Of a DNA stretch of 64,000 nucleotides, positions 32,431 through 41,632 are shown piece by piece. This DNA comes from Alphaproteobacteria bacterium (GTDB lineage Bacteria; Pseudomonadota; Alphaproteobacteria; GCA-2731375): contig CBDDBZ010000037.1 of the NCBI GenBank assembly GCA_965225945.1, forward strand, positions 1 through 64,000, in the 5' to 3' direction. Every line of letters begins with the position of its first letter. Position 1 is the first letter of the stretch. The notes beneath the pieces were generated by a model that made no database searches, had not been told where the DNA came from, and saw only the letters and a list, made by a program, of their open reading frames with translations. A program made the position numbers and the translations under genes.

Positions 32431-32516
32431 TGGTCGCGCGCGCCGAGCCGGCGGCGGAGCTCGAGACGGTCCGCCGGAGCGTCGATCGGGGCACGCCCTT
32501 CGGCGGCGCGCGCTGG
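32431..32516 (+). repeat. Exact 86-bp copy of RAYT coding sequence 32245-32330
   Basis: Identical by manual comparison; lies between two REP arms. Confidence 0.9.
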
Positions 32517-32615
32517 AGTAAAGGGGTCAGGCACCTTTTACGCACCATCGATTGTCTGGACCCGAGGCGTCGGGGCGCTGGCAACTCACAAGCAATGGTG
32601 CCTGACCCCTTTACC
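32517..32615. repeat. 99-bp REPIN-like unit, copy 2
   Basis: See 31588-31686. Confidence 0.85.
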
Positions 32616-32833
32616 AACCTGCCGGCACATCGCCGGAGGAAAGGGAAGATGCGCGCTCTTGCAAACAGAGGCCTAATGGGTGACCCCATTGTGTGACCCC
32701 TAGCTTTACATTTCTTTAGGCTGCAGAGAAATGCCTGAAACAATAGGCTCCTAGAGAGGTGTTGTGACCGGGAAGGCAATCCCGCCACAGGGAACGGTCA
32801 GGTTGATTTTTGCAGACGGGAGGCATTGAGCAG

Positions 32834-33676
32834 ATGTACGGGTATGGGAGTTTCAATCGAGGTGTCGTCTCGGCGCTGGTTTTGGCCGCGCTGGTTTCAA
32901 TCGCAGTCCTGATGCCGGTGGCTCCGTCGCGGGCCGCGGGCGAGGTGAAAATCGAGTGGCTGACCTGGTCATTCTTCCGGATCACCACGCCCGGTGGAAA
33001 GGTCATCCTGACCAACCCCTGGTACACAAATCCAGACAGCAGTATCAAACTTGACGACATTCCGAAGGCGGACATCATCCTGGTGCCGACGGGGCATCCC
33101 GACGAAGTCGGCAATACCCTCAAGATCGCCGCGAAGACTGGTGCAACAATTGTCGCGTCCCACGAACTCGTTAACCTTGTGTGGAAAGACAAAAGCGCGA
33201 GATATCGAGATCCGATCACATTCAATGGCGTTGTCATTAAATCAAAAAATTTTCAACCAGGCTCAACGGAAACGATTGATGACATCACTATTCGCGCCGT
33301 CACCGCGTTGCACGGCAACGGGAATACCGGCGGTCCGGCCATGGGGTTTATCATCACTTTGGAGAACGGCTACACCATCTATTTCAGCGGCAGCACCGAT
33401 CTGACCCTGGATATGAAGCTGTGGGGCGAGCTGTTTAAACCGGACGCGGCGATCCTCTACCTGTCGAGCAGCGTGAACCCGCGCGATGTTGCGCTGATGG
33501 TGAAAATGCTGTCGGAGAAGAATCCCAATCTCAAGACGGTCATCCCCCACCACCATCGGCTGAAGCCGCCGGCGGGGCGCTCCCCGGCCGATCTCGGCAA
33601 AGCGATGGTGCGGATGGGGTTGGAAGCAAAGCTGATCGACCCCCGGCCCGGCGTGGTCTACACGCTGTCAAAATAG
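32834..33676 (+). CDS. Secreted MBL-fold metal-dependent hydrolase-like protein
   Basis: Signal peptide, ILTNPW, ILVPTGHPDEVG (degenerate THxHxDH), TIYFSGST, VIPHH. Confidence 0.8.
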   Translation: MYGYGSFNRGVVSALVLAALVSIAVLMPVAPSRAAGEVKIEWLTWSFFRITTPGGKVILTNPWYTNPDSSIKLDDIPKADIILVPTGHPDEVGNTLKIAAKTGATIVASHELVNLVWKDKSARYRDPITFNGVVIKSKNFQPGSTETIDDITIRAVTALHGNGNTGGPAMGFIITLENGYTIYFSGSTDLTLDMKLWGELFKPDAAILYLSSSVNPRDVALMVKMLSEKNPNLKTVIPHHHRLKPPAGRSPADLGKAMVRMGLEAKLIDPRPGVVYTLSK

Positions 33677-33726
33677 GCGAGACGCGGCTGCTAGCCCCAA
33701 TCATTCCCAACGCCGACGGGTGAGGA

Positions 33727-33808
33727 AAAGGGGTCAGGCACCTTTACGCACCATCGCTTGCCACGATCCGGGGCGTCGGAAACTCAAGAGTAAGGGCGCC
33801 CGACCCCA
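33727..33808. repeat. Degenerate third REPIN-like unit
   Basis: AAAGGGGTCAGGCACCTTTACGCACCATCG...GGGCGCCCGACCCC. Confidence 0.7.
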
Positions 33809-35352
33809 TGACTCCTGATCCCTCGCACCCCGCCGTCGAGCCCATGGGGGAGGCTTCGCCCGGGCCGAGGCGGCGGAGACCGGCAAGGCGTCGAAGAAGG
33901 AAGGCCGCGCGTCTTGCCGCGTGAAGCGCAAGAGGTCCCCGCAATCGAGAGGTCGGGCGGCCGCGTTTGGCGGCCGGGGCACGGGCGACGTCGATCGGAG
34001 AGCGATGTCTCGGACCAGGGGCACACTCGGTGATGGGGTTGTGGATGGGCAATAATTAGTCGGCTGTTAAGAAGCGGTTCTGACCGCCGGCATTGAGATC
34101 GAGTCGGCCGATATGGCGGCGATGGTTTTGCGCGAGAGAAGCTTCAGCCACCGGAGGAGGAGGCGGAAGTCGTAGCCAGGGGCGCTATGCGGGCATTGTG
34201 ATCAAGTCGGCCAATACGGCGGCGATGATTTTACGCAAAAAAAGCTTCAGCCACCTGAGGAGGAGGCGGAAGTTGTAGCCGGCGGCGCTCATCACGGCGT
34301 TGATCCGGTCGCCGAGCCGTCCCTTCAGGTAGTTCCGGTCGAGATGGCCGTCGGTCTTGCAATGGCCGATGACGGCCTCGATGGCGCTTCGTCGCCGGAG
34401 CTCCTTTTTGATCTGGCCGTGGACGCCGCGCTTCTGGCCCGACTTGAAGACCCGCAGCGGCTTCGGCGCATCGTGGCCCCGGTAGCCCTTGTCGACATAG
34501 ACCCGCTCGATCGCGCGCCCCGTCAGGGTCTCGGTCTCCTCCAGCACCTCCTTCAAGGTGTGGCGGTCGTAGGGAATGCCGGGGAGCGCCTTGGCGTGGA
34601 GGATGAACTGTCCGCCTTTGCAACGCTTGTTGGTGGTGGTGAGCGAGACCTTGACGCCGAACTCGTAGGGCTTCGCGGCTTTGCCTTTGCCGATGCACTC
34701 GACCTCGGGGGCATGCCATGAATAGAGCTTCCAGCCGCGCTGGCGTTGCTTCTGGCCACGGATCTGGCGGGCCCTGAGAAGCGCCGTCGCGAAGACTTCC
34801 TCCAGCGCCCGATCGCCCTCGATCTTGCGCTCGATATCACGGATGAGCCGGCCGAGCCGGGTCCGCAAGAACTTCAGCTCCCGGTTCATCCGCTTGAACT
34901 GTTTGGCGTGGGCGTATCGGCCCACCATCATCGCCGCCCGCCGCGCCACCCGAACATAGCTCTGGCGGAGCTCCACGCCATGGCGCTTGGCCAGCTCGCC
35001 GAGCTTGTCGATCGCCCTCTTCAGCAGTTTGGCGTCGGTCGGGAAGGTGATGTTCTTCGGCTGCACCGTGGTGTCGACCGTGACCCGGGCGAGATCGCTC
35101 TTCTTCAGGGCGCCGGTGTCATGGGCAACGCGCAGGCTCTCTTGCAGCAGGATATCCAGGCGATCACCCAGGCGCTTCCTCCAATGGCTCAATCCCGAGC
35201 GTTCGTGGGGGAGCCCGTGCTGGAAGAATTCCTCGCCGGTGAAGTACTGGAAGTAGGGATCGTGCTCCCAACGCTCCCAGAGCTGCTCGTCGGAGAGCGT
35301 GTAGGTGTGCTTCAGCACGAACATGCCGATCATGAAGCGGACCGGCTCGGCG

Positions 35353-36768
35353 GGTCAAGTCCGGATTCTGCTGGGAAATTTCTCCGGGGTTGCCTCCGTC
35401 GAGGCCTGTTCTGGTAGTTCCAGCTGGGCTTGGTATTCCTGATCGAGTTCCTTCCTGACGGCGTCCATCTGGCGCCGCTCGAAGACGGTGACCTTGACTG
35501 CTTTCCATCGCTCGGCGGCGCGGCTCATGGCACCGAACATGAGCTTCAGTACCGCCTTTTCGCCGAAGGCGTTGGGGGTGATCTTCAAGCGCCGGCGCTC
35601 CTCCCCGAACAATCTCTCCAGCAGGTTGGTGGTGCGGATCGCCCGGCGGTGATTGACCGGCATGCGCAGGTGCGCGATGCAGGCCTCGAAATCATCCAGG
35701 AAACAGGCCACCGCCGAGGGCAGCTCGCGCTCCCAGTCACGCACCACGCCCTCGGCCAGATCGCGGGCGATGGCGCGCGAGGGGGCCTGGTAGGCCGCTT
35801 GGGCGCGGGCCTTGAACTCCGGCCAGAGATCCTCGGGCACCTTCGCCGCCAAGTTCCTCATCCGGTGCGCGAGGCAGCGTTGGCGCGCGCTCCTGGGAAA
35901 ACAAATCTCGATCGCCTTGATAATGCCAGGCGCGCCGTCGGAGGCGATCAGGAGAGGATCGCCCAGGCCTCGGCTGCGCATGTCCTGGAAGAACGCGGAG
36001 ACGGTCTCGTTGTCCTCCTTCGAGCCCGCCATCAGATGCAGGAGAACCTTCTTGCCCTCGAGCGTGAAGCCCCAGGCCGCCAGCACCGGCTCTCGCCTCT
36101 GCCCGGCCCGCAGCCGCTCGGCGATGCCGTCGACGAAGAGGTAGGCGATCTCGAACTCGCTAAGGTCGCGCTTGGCGAAGCCGAGGTAGTCCGCCCAGAG
36201 CCGCTCCCCCATCTCCGAGACCGCCGTGCGCGACAGCAGCAAGCGCCCACTTTCTTCCCTGAAGGCATCTTCGATGTCGCGCACCGAGAGACCGCGCGCC
36301 AGCATCTCCACGGCTAAATCCTCCAGGCCCTCGGAATGACCCTTCAGGTGCGCTCGCAGATCCGAACGGAACGGTTCGTCCGTCCCGGCGACCTGCGGCG
36401 CCGCATACCTGATCCGCCCCTCGGCCGTCTTCAGATGACCTTCGCGCGAACCGTTCCGGTAACCTCGGCCAGGCTCGGAACCGTGCTCGTAATAGTCCCG
36501 GCCCAGGGCGTCGCGCACCTCGGCCTCCAAGCCTTCCTCGATGATCAACCGCGTCGCCAACCGCACCAATTCACTCTTCGCGTCGACCACGCGGGCGCGC
36601 CCTTCGATCAGGTCGTTCAAGGCTTCACGCGTGCGCTCGCTTCCGGGTAGTCTCTTCGTCATGGAGGTGCCTCCTGTGCTGGGCTGGCGCGCAGCCATGC
36701 CCGGGTGGGAATCGACACCTCGAAGGATGCACCTCCTACCAAATTCCCAGCAAGTCTAGGACTTCACC
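35353..36768 (-). mobile_element. IS256 family element
   Basis: IRs GGT(C/G)AAGTCC...TGCTGGGAA; 9-bp TSD GGCTCGGCG (35344-35352, 36769-36777). Confidence 0.9.
35355..36662 (-). CDS. IS256 family transposase
   Basis: GYRNG, YLFVDG, SDGAPG, QRCLAH, RTTNLLER. Confidence 0.95.
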   Translation of the reverse strand: MTKRLPGSERTREALNDLIEGRARVVDAKSELVRLATRLIIEEGLEAEVRDALGRDYYEHGSEPGRGYRNGSREGHLKTAEGRIRYAAPQVAGTDEPFRSDLRAHLKGHSEGLEDLAVEMLARGLSVRDIEDAFREESGRLLLSRTAVSEMGERLWADYLGFAKRDLSEFEIAYLFVDGIAERLRAGQRREPVLAAWGFTLEGKKVLLHLMAGSKEDNETVSAFFQDMRSRGLGDPLLIASDGAPGIIKAIEICFPRSARQRCLAHRMRNLAAKVPEDLWPEFKARAQAAYQAPSRAIARDLAEGVVRDWERELPSAVACFLDDFEACIAHLRMPVNHRRAIRTTNLLERLFGEERRRLKITPNAFGEKAVLKLMFGAMSRAAERWKAVKVTVFERRQMDAVRKELDQEYQAQLELPEQASTEATPEKFPSRIRT

Positions 36769-37434
36769 GGCTCGGCGGGTCGGCCGTTGTCGGCGAAGCG
36801 GTCCGTCAGGTGTTCCTCGATCCAGGCCCAATCGATCCTCTCGGCCAAGAGGACGAGCGGGTGGCGCATGTTGATGATGTGGTCGAGGCGCGAACGGAAG
36901 AGGTCGTCGTGATCGGCCTTGGGAGACTGCTTCGGTCGCATGGGAGCCCTCATAATCACGAGCTTGACTATAACATGAATCAGCGAAAAATAGAACATAA
37001 AATCAAACGAAATTGCAAGAAATCCACCTTGCCTCAGGCGATTTCTTGCAAACTCGAACCGTGCCTCACGACGAATACACCAACGATGCCGCCGAAATTC
37101 GGGAATTTAACGGCCGACTAATTACTGTAAATATGGTATTATGTATATTTTAACGTAGAAACGTCAATTTCGTAGAACGAAACCGCCCCCCGCCGGGGCG
37201 ATGGCGGAACGGCAATGATTTTCAAGGCTTTGGCGGACTCCCGCATATTCAAGACCAAGGATATATCGTCCCGTAAATGTCGTCATCGAGGGCAAAGTGG
37301 CGCGAATCGGCCCGCGAAACACTGGGTCGCGGGCTCCGGTGAGGCCTCGCGGTCGGAGTCGACCGGGCCGCCCTTGGTTTTCCGTCGCGGGCTGTCTTCC
37401 GTCGTGCCGACCGCCCTCCACATTTCCTCCCGAT

Positions 37435-38964
37435 TCACACCGCCCGCTTGCGCCCGCGGATCATCCGCATAACGGGTTTCACCGCGGGCAGGAGCAGAAG
37501 AATGATCGCCACGACCATGATCGGTCCGGCGTAGGGCCGGGTAAAGAAGATCGACAGCGAGCCGCTGCTGATCAACAGCGACTGGCGCAACGCCGGCTCG
37601 GCCAGCGGGCCCAGCACGATCGCCAGCACCGCCGGGGCCAGCGGATAGTCCAATTTGCGCATCAGATAGCCCACGAAGCCGAAGATCAGCATCAGCCAGA
37701 CGTCGTGCAGGTCCTTGGTCGGGGCATAGCCGCCGATCAGGCAGAGCACGAAGATGATCGGTGCCAGTATCGACAGCGGCATCTTCAAAATCCAGACGAA
37801 GGCGGGAATGAAGCCGATGTTGATGATCACGGCAAACAGGTTGGCGGCATAGAGGCTGGCGATCAGACCCCAGACGAAATCGCTGTGCTCGGTAAAGAGC
37901 AGCGGGCCCGGCTCCAGGCCCCAGATCACCATGCCGCCGAGCAGGATCGCCGTGGTGGGCGAGCCGGGAATGCCGAGCGTCAGCATCGGCAGCATGGAGC
38001 CGGTGCTGGCGGCGTTGTTGGCCGCTTCGGGGGCGACGACGCCTTCGAGCGAGCCTTCGCCGAAGCTCTCGGGCTGCTTCGACACTTGCTTGGCGAAGCC
38101 ATAGGCCATCAACGAGGCCGGCGTCGCCCCGGCGGCCGGTAGAATGCCGACGAAATAGCCCAGAATCGACCCCATGACCATGGTTTTCCAGGTCGCCAAC
38201 AACTGCTTCAAGTTCCCGATCGTGCGCTGGAAGGAAACGGTCGCCTCCGACATCATGCTCTTGCCGCCGGCTTTTCGGTTTTCCTCGATGGTCCACAGCA
38301 TCTCGCCGATGCCGTAGATGCCGATCGCGAGCACGAGGAAGTTGATGCCGTGCATGAAACCGATGATGTCGCCGAATATAAGTCTGGGCTCGCCCGAGAT
38401 GATATCCAGCCCCACCGCGCTCAGCACCAGGCCGATCGCGATCGAGAACAGGGTCTTGCAGATATCGTCGCCGCCGAGGCCGATGAAGGTGGCGAAGGCC
38501 AGCATCATCAGGGCGAATTCCTCCGGCGCGCCGAACACCAACGCAACGTGGGCCAAGGGGGGCGCGAAAAAGGTGAACAGCACCACCGATATGGTGCCGC
38601 CGACGAAGGAGGCGACGGCGGTCGCGGTCAGCGCCTTGTCGGCCATGCCCTTGAGCGCCAGCGGCCGGCCGTCGAAGGTGGTCGCCACCGCGGTCGAGGC
38701 GCCGGGTATGCCAAGCATCACGGACGAGATGGCACCGCCATACATCGCGCCATAGTAAATCGCGGCAAGAAACATGATGGCGCCGGTCGGCGGCACCAAA
38801 AAGGTCAGCGGCAACAGGATCGCGACCCCGTTCACGGAGCCGAGGCCGGGCATCGCGCCGATGAAGAGGCCGAGCGTGCAACCGAAGACGATCAGAGCCA
38901 AGTTCTGCGGCTCGAAGGCGACGGTGAAACCGCTGGCCAGGAGGTCGAGAGTCTCAATCATCAC
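37435..38964 (-). CDS. tctA: Tripartite tricarboxylate transporter large permease
   Basis: GAMPGLG, YGAMYGG, PEAANNA, LTLGIPGS. Confidence 0.95.
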   Translation of the reverse strand: MMIETLDLLASGFTVAFEPQNLALIVFGCTLGLFIGAMPGLGSVNGVAILLPLTFLVPPTGAIMFLAAIYYGAMYGGAISSVMLGIPGASTAVATTFDGRPLALKGMADKALTATAVASFVGGTISVVLFTFFAPPLAHVALVFGAPEEFALMMLAFATFIGLGGDDICKTLFSIAIGLVLSAVGLDIISGEPRLIFGDIIGFMHGINFLVLAIGIYGIGEMLWTIEENRKAGGKSMMSEATVSFQRTIGNLKQLLATWKTMVMGSILGYFVGILPAAGATPASLMAYGFAKQVSKQPESFGEGSLEGVVAPEAANNAASTGSMLPMLTLGIPGSPTTAILLGGMVIWGLEPGPLLFTEHSDFVWGLIASLYAANLFAVIINIGFIPAFVWILKMPLSILAPIIFVLCLIGGYAPTKDLHDVWLMLIFGFVGYLMRKLDYPLAPAVLAIVLGPLAEPALRQSLLISSGSLSIFFTRPYAGPIMVVAIILLLLPAVKPVMRMIRGRKRAV

Positions 38965-39054
38965 GTCGTCTCATGACCGACGCCATAGCGCTTCCCGCCA
39001 TGGCGTCACTGACACCTCGCGCGCCACGAGGTCGATCCGCGCGAGCGCGGCGCA

Positions 39055-39564
39055 TCACAGAAATATTTTGTAGAGCGGATAGAACCACGTCTCGGTCACG
39101 CCCTTGGGCAGGGTGATTTTCAGCATGATCTCGAAAAAGAAGAAGGTCACCACGGGGATCAGAAGTGCCAGGCCGCCCGAGAGCCGCCACGAATGCCGTC
39201 CCAGGACCTTCAAGTAGAACAGCAGGAACAGCGGCAGGGCGCCATAGACACCGATGAGGCTAAAGAGCGCCACCGTGACGATCAGCGCCGCCGCGACCAA
39301 CCCCACGGGCAACAAAACCCCGGGCTCGATATAGCGCTCGCTCGATTGCGCGATTGGACCCTTGCGTCTGATCCAGTTGACCACGATGCCGATACACGAC
39401 AGCAGCATGATGACCGAAAGCCAGAAGGGCCAGGCGCCGCCGCCCGGCCCTTCGTCCTCGATCCAGCCGATCGGCAACTCCGCGCTCTTGACCATCAGGT
39501 AAAGCGAGAAGGCTCCGAACAGGACAGCCATCATCAGCTCCGCGGTGCGCACGCTCACAGCCAC
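39055..39564 (-). CDS. tctB: Tripartite tricarboxylate transporter small permease
   Basis: Multiple TM segments, GPGGGAWP, C-terminal LPKG. Confidence 0.9.
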   Translation of the reverse strand: MAVSVRTAELMMAVLFGAFSLYLMVKSAELPIGWIEDEGPGGGAWPFWLSVIMLLSCIGIVVNWIRRKGPIAQSSERYIEPGVLLPVGLVAAALIVTVALFSLIGVYGALPLFLLFYLKVLGRHSWRLSGGLALLIPVVTFFFFEIMLKITLPKGVTETWFYPLYKIFL

Positions 39565-39601
39565 GGTCCTCCCCGCCGACCCAACTCGAGAACGCCGAGG
39601 T

Positions 39602-40594
39602 TCAGCCCTTGATGGCGCCCATATTGATCAGCATTTGCTTGTGCACGGCACGTTCGCCCTTCCAATAGTCCATCAGGGCATCGCCGGTCAGCAAATCGCC
39701 CTGCAGGCTCTTCTTCGAGCGATAGGTCTGCCATTCCTTCGAGTTGAAGACCTTGGTGAAGAGCGCGGTGTAGTAGGCCCGGGCATCGGCACTCATGCCC
39801 GGCGCGCCGACCACGGTGCGCTGCATGAAATAGACGAAATCCTTGCCGAGTTCGCGGAAGGTCGGCGCGTCCTTAAAGAGCGGCAGGCGTTCCGGCGTGA
39901 AGGCGGCGAGCGCCTTGGTGGTGCCGGCCTCGTAGAAGCCAAGCTGCTCGGAGGGGTTGTTTACGGTCGAATCCGCGTTCTTGCCGGCCAACTCCTTCGC
40001 GACTCTACCGCCGCCCTTGTAGGGCACGTACTTCATGGAAAGACCATAGCTCTTGTTCAGGAAATCGGTCAGCAGGTTGTCCTCGGAGTTCTTGCCGGTG
40101 CCGGCCATGATCCAATTCTTGCCCTTGGCCTTGGCGGCGGCCACGAAATCCTCGACGCTGTTGATGTCCTTGCGGTCGGTATGCACCCACAACAGGAAGG
40201 TGTCTTCCGCCATCCGGGCCACCGGCGTGAAGGTGGTGATGTCGATCCCGAGATTGGGCTGGCGGAGCGGCGTCGTGTAGAAACTATTCAGGGTGAACAT
40301 CAGCGTGTGATTGTCACCCTTCTTCTGGTTCATGTAGACCAGCGCCTCGGCGCCCGTGCCGCCCGGCTTGTTGATCGGCACCACCGGCACGGGAGCCATG
40401 TCGTTCTTCGCGATAATGCTTTGGAACAAGCGGACCGCCTTGTCGGCGCCGCCGCCCTTGCCCGCCATGACGATGAATTCGATCGGTTTCTGCGGCTCCC
40501 ACGCCGCTCCTACCTTTGTGCCCGTGCCGAGCGACGCGGCGCCCACGCCAAGAGCCAGCGCCAGCATGGTGATCATCGTTCTTCTTGAAGTCAT
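39602..40594 (-). CDS. tctC: Tripartite tricarboxylate transporter substrate-binding protein (Bug/TctC)
   Basis: Signal peptide, WEPQKPIEFIV..GGGAD, NKPGG.G, YVPYKGGG. Confidence 0.9.
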   Translation of the reverse strand: MTSRRTMITMLALALGVGAASLGTGTKVGAAWEPQKPIEFIVMAGKGGGADKAVRLFQSIIAKNDMAPVPVVPINKPGGTGAEALVYMNQKKGDNHTLMFTLNSFYTTPLRQPNLGIDITTFTPVARMAEDTFLLWVHTDRKDINSVEDFVAAAKAKGKNWIMAGTGKNSEDNLLTDFLNKSYGLSMKYVPYKGGGRVAKELAGKNADSTVNNPSEQLGFYEAGTTKALAAFTPERLPLFKDAPTFRELGKDFVYFMQRTVVGAPGMSADARAYYTALFTKVFNSKEWQTYRSKKSLQGDLLTGDALMDYWKGERAVHKQMLINMGAIKG

Positions 40595-40939
40595 CGGATC
40601 CTCCCGGTTTCCGGATTTAGGGTGCGGCCATATCAATGCCGCGCCCGCCATGGCGTAAAACCCCGGCGACACAGGGGAGCGCCCCCGGAATGAAATCGCC
40701 CAGCGGAACCTCGACCGACATGCCCCGGATGACCGCCGGTCCTGGGCATCACAATAGCCATCTAGGCTTCCGACCGCAATTTGGAACTCGAGGCGCGTGG
40801 CTAGAGCCTTCCACTGGCCTCCGGCACCGTCGGCGGATTTTGTTCGAATTGGGAACACGGTGTCTGGCCGAAACGTCGCCATCCCCGGCTTTTGGCGCCG
40901 CTGACGGCCCTCTCCCCCGGGGACTTTCGAGTCAGACTC

Positions 40940-41371
40940 TCACACGACCAATCCGGCGACGTAGGCCGGCCCGATGATATCGATCGCTTGGCCGAGCGCG
41001 CGGCGATAGGCGAGAAAGGCGGTGCGTCGCCGGAGACCATCTTCGACGGCGTTCTCATCGTCGGCCTGCGACAACTGCTGGGTCACGAACGCCGCCGAGG
41101 GCGCGAAATTGCCGGCGCCGCGTCCCCTCTGGTCGCGGTCCGCGTCGCGGGACGGGCGAAGCCCGCTCGGATGCGCGCGTTTGTCGAGCGATCGGCCCTT
41201 GGCGCCGCCGGCGATGAAATCGCGGGCGACGGCACGCCCCGCTCCCGACGGACGGTGGGCTCGGGCCTCCCGCTCGTGGTCTTCGATCGGCGCGAGCGAC
41301 CGCACCCCTCTCCCGTCCGTCGGGAGCGGTAAGGCTCGCCCTAGGCTCTCTCGCGCGGCGATGGTCGACAT
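40940..41371 (-). CDS. Hypothetical protein
   Basis: 143-aa ORF with SAAFVTQQLSQ...AYRRA; divergent from the GGDEF-EAL gene. Confidence 0.5.
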   Translation of the reverse strand: MSTIAARESLGRALPLPTDGRGVRSLAPIEDHEREARAHRPSGAGRAVARDFIAGGAKGRSLDKRAHPSGLRPSRDADRDQRGRGAGNFAPSAAFVTQQLSQADDENAVEDGLRRRTAFLAYRRALGQAIDIIGPAYVAGLVV

Positions 41372-41632
41372 CGACTTCCCGTCCGGGACCGGGCCGACGA
41401 CGATCGGGGCCCGCTCGGCCCCGATCAATCGGCATTCAGGTGAATATAGTGACTAAGGCCGCAACTGTAAACGAAGGGAAAAGAAACCGACATGGCGGAC
41501 GCCGCGCGCAAGATTTGGGAACGTGGTGAATTGCATCAATAAAAATTAACGATTTTCGGTGAAGAACGGGTAACGGTTTTCGGATCTACTCGACCGATCG
41601 CCAATCTTGGTCTTTGCCTGTCCGGTCCTTGC

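Larger units (their letters stand above)
34185..36941 (-). pseudogene. IS5 family transposase split by IS256
   Basis: N-part MRPKQ..DLFRSRL..IDW (36769-36941); C-part VDTTVQ, YEFGVK, VDKGYRG, RRRSAIEAVIGHCK. Rejoined junction reads GRPAEPVRFMIG. Confidence 0.9.
34059..37118 (-). mobile_element. IS5 family element interrupted by IS256
   Basis: IRs GTCGGC(T/C)GTTAA; 6-bp TSD TAATTA (34053-34058, 37119-37124). Confidence 0.85.

Noticed and set aside
31588-33810. CRISPR array
   Set aside because: Repeats alternate in orientation with irregular spacing, flank a RAYT, and no cas genes are present.
34086-34280. Diversity-generating retroelement TR/VR pair
   Set aside because: No reverse transcriptase in the window; 5 of 12 differences are not at adenines of the putative template; it lies within an IS.
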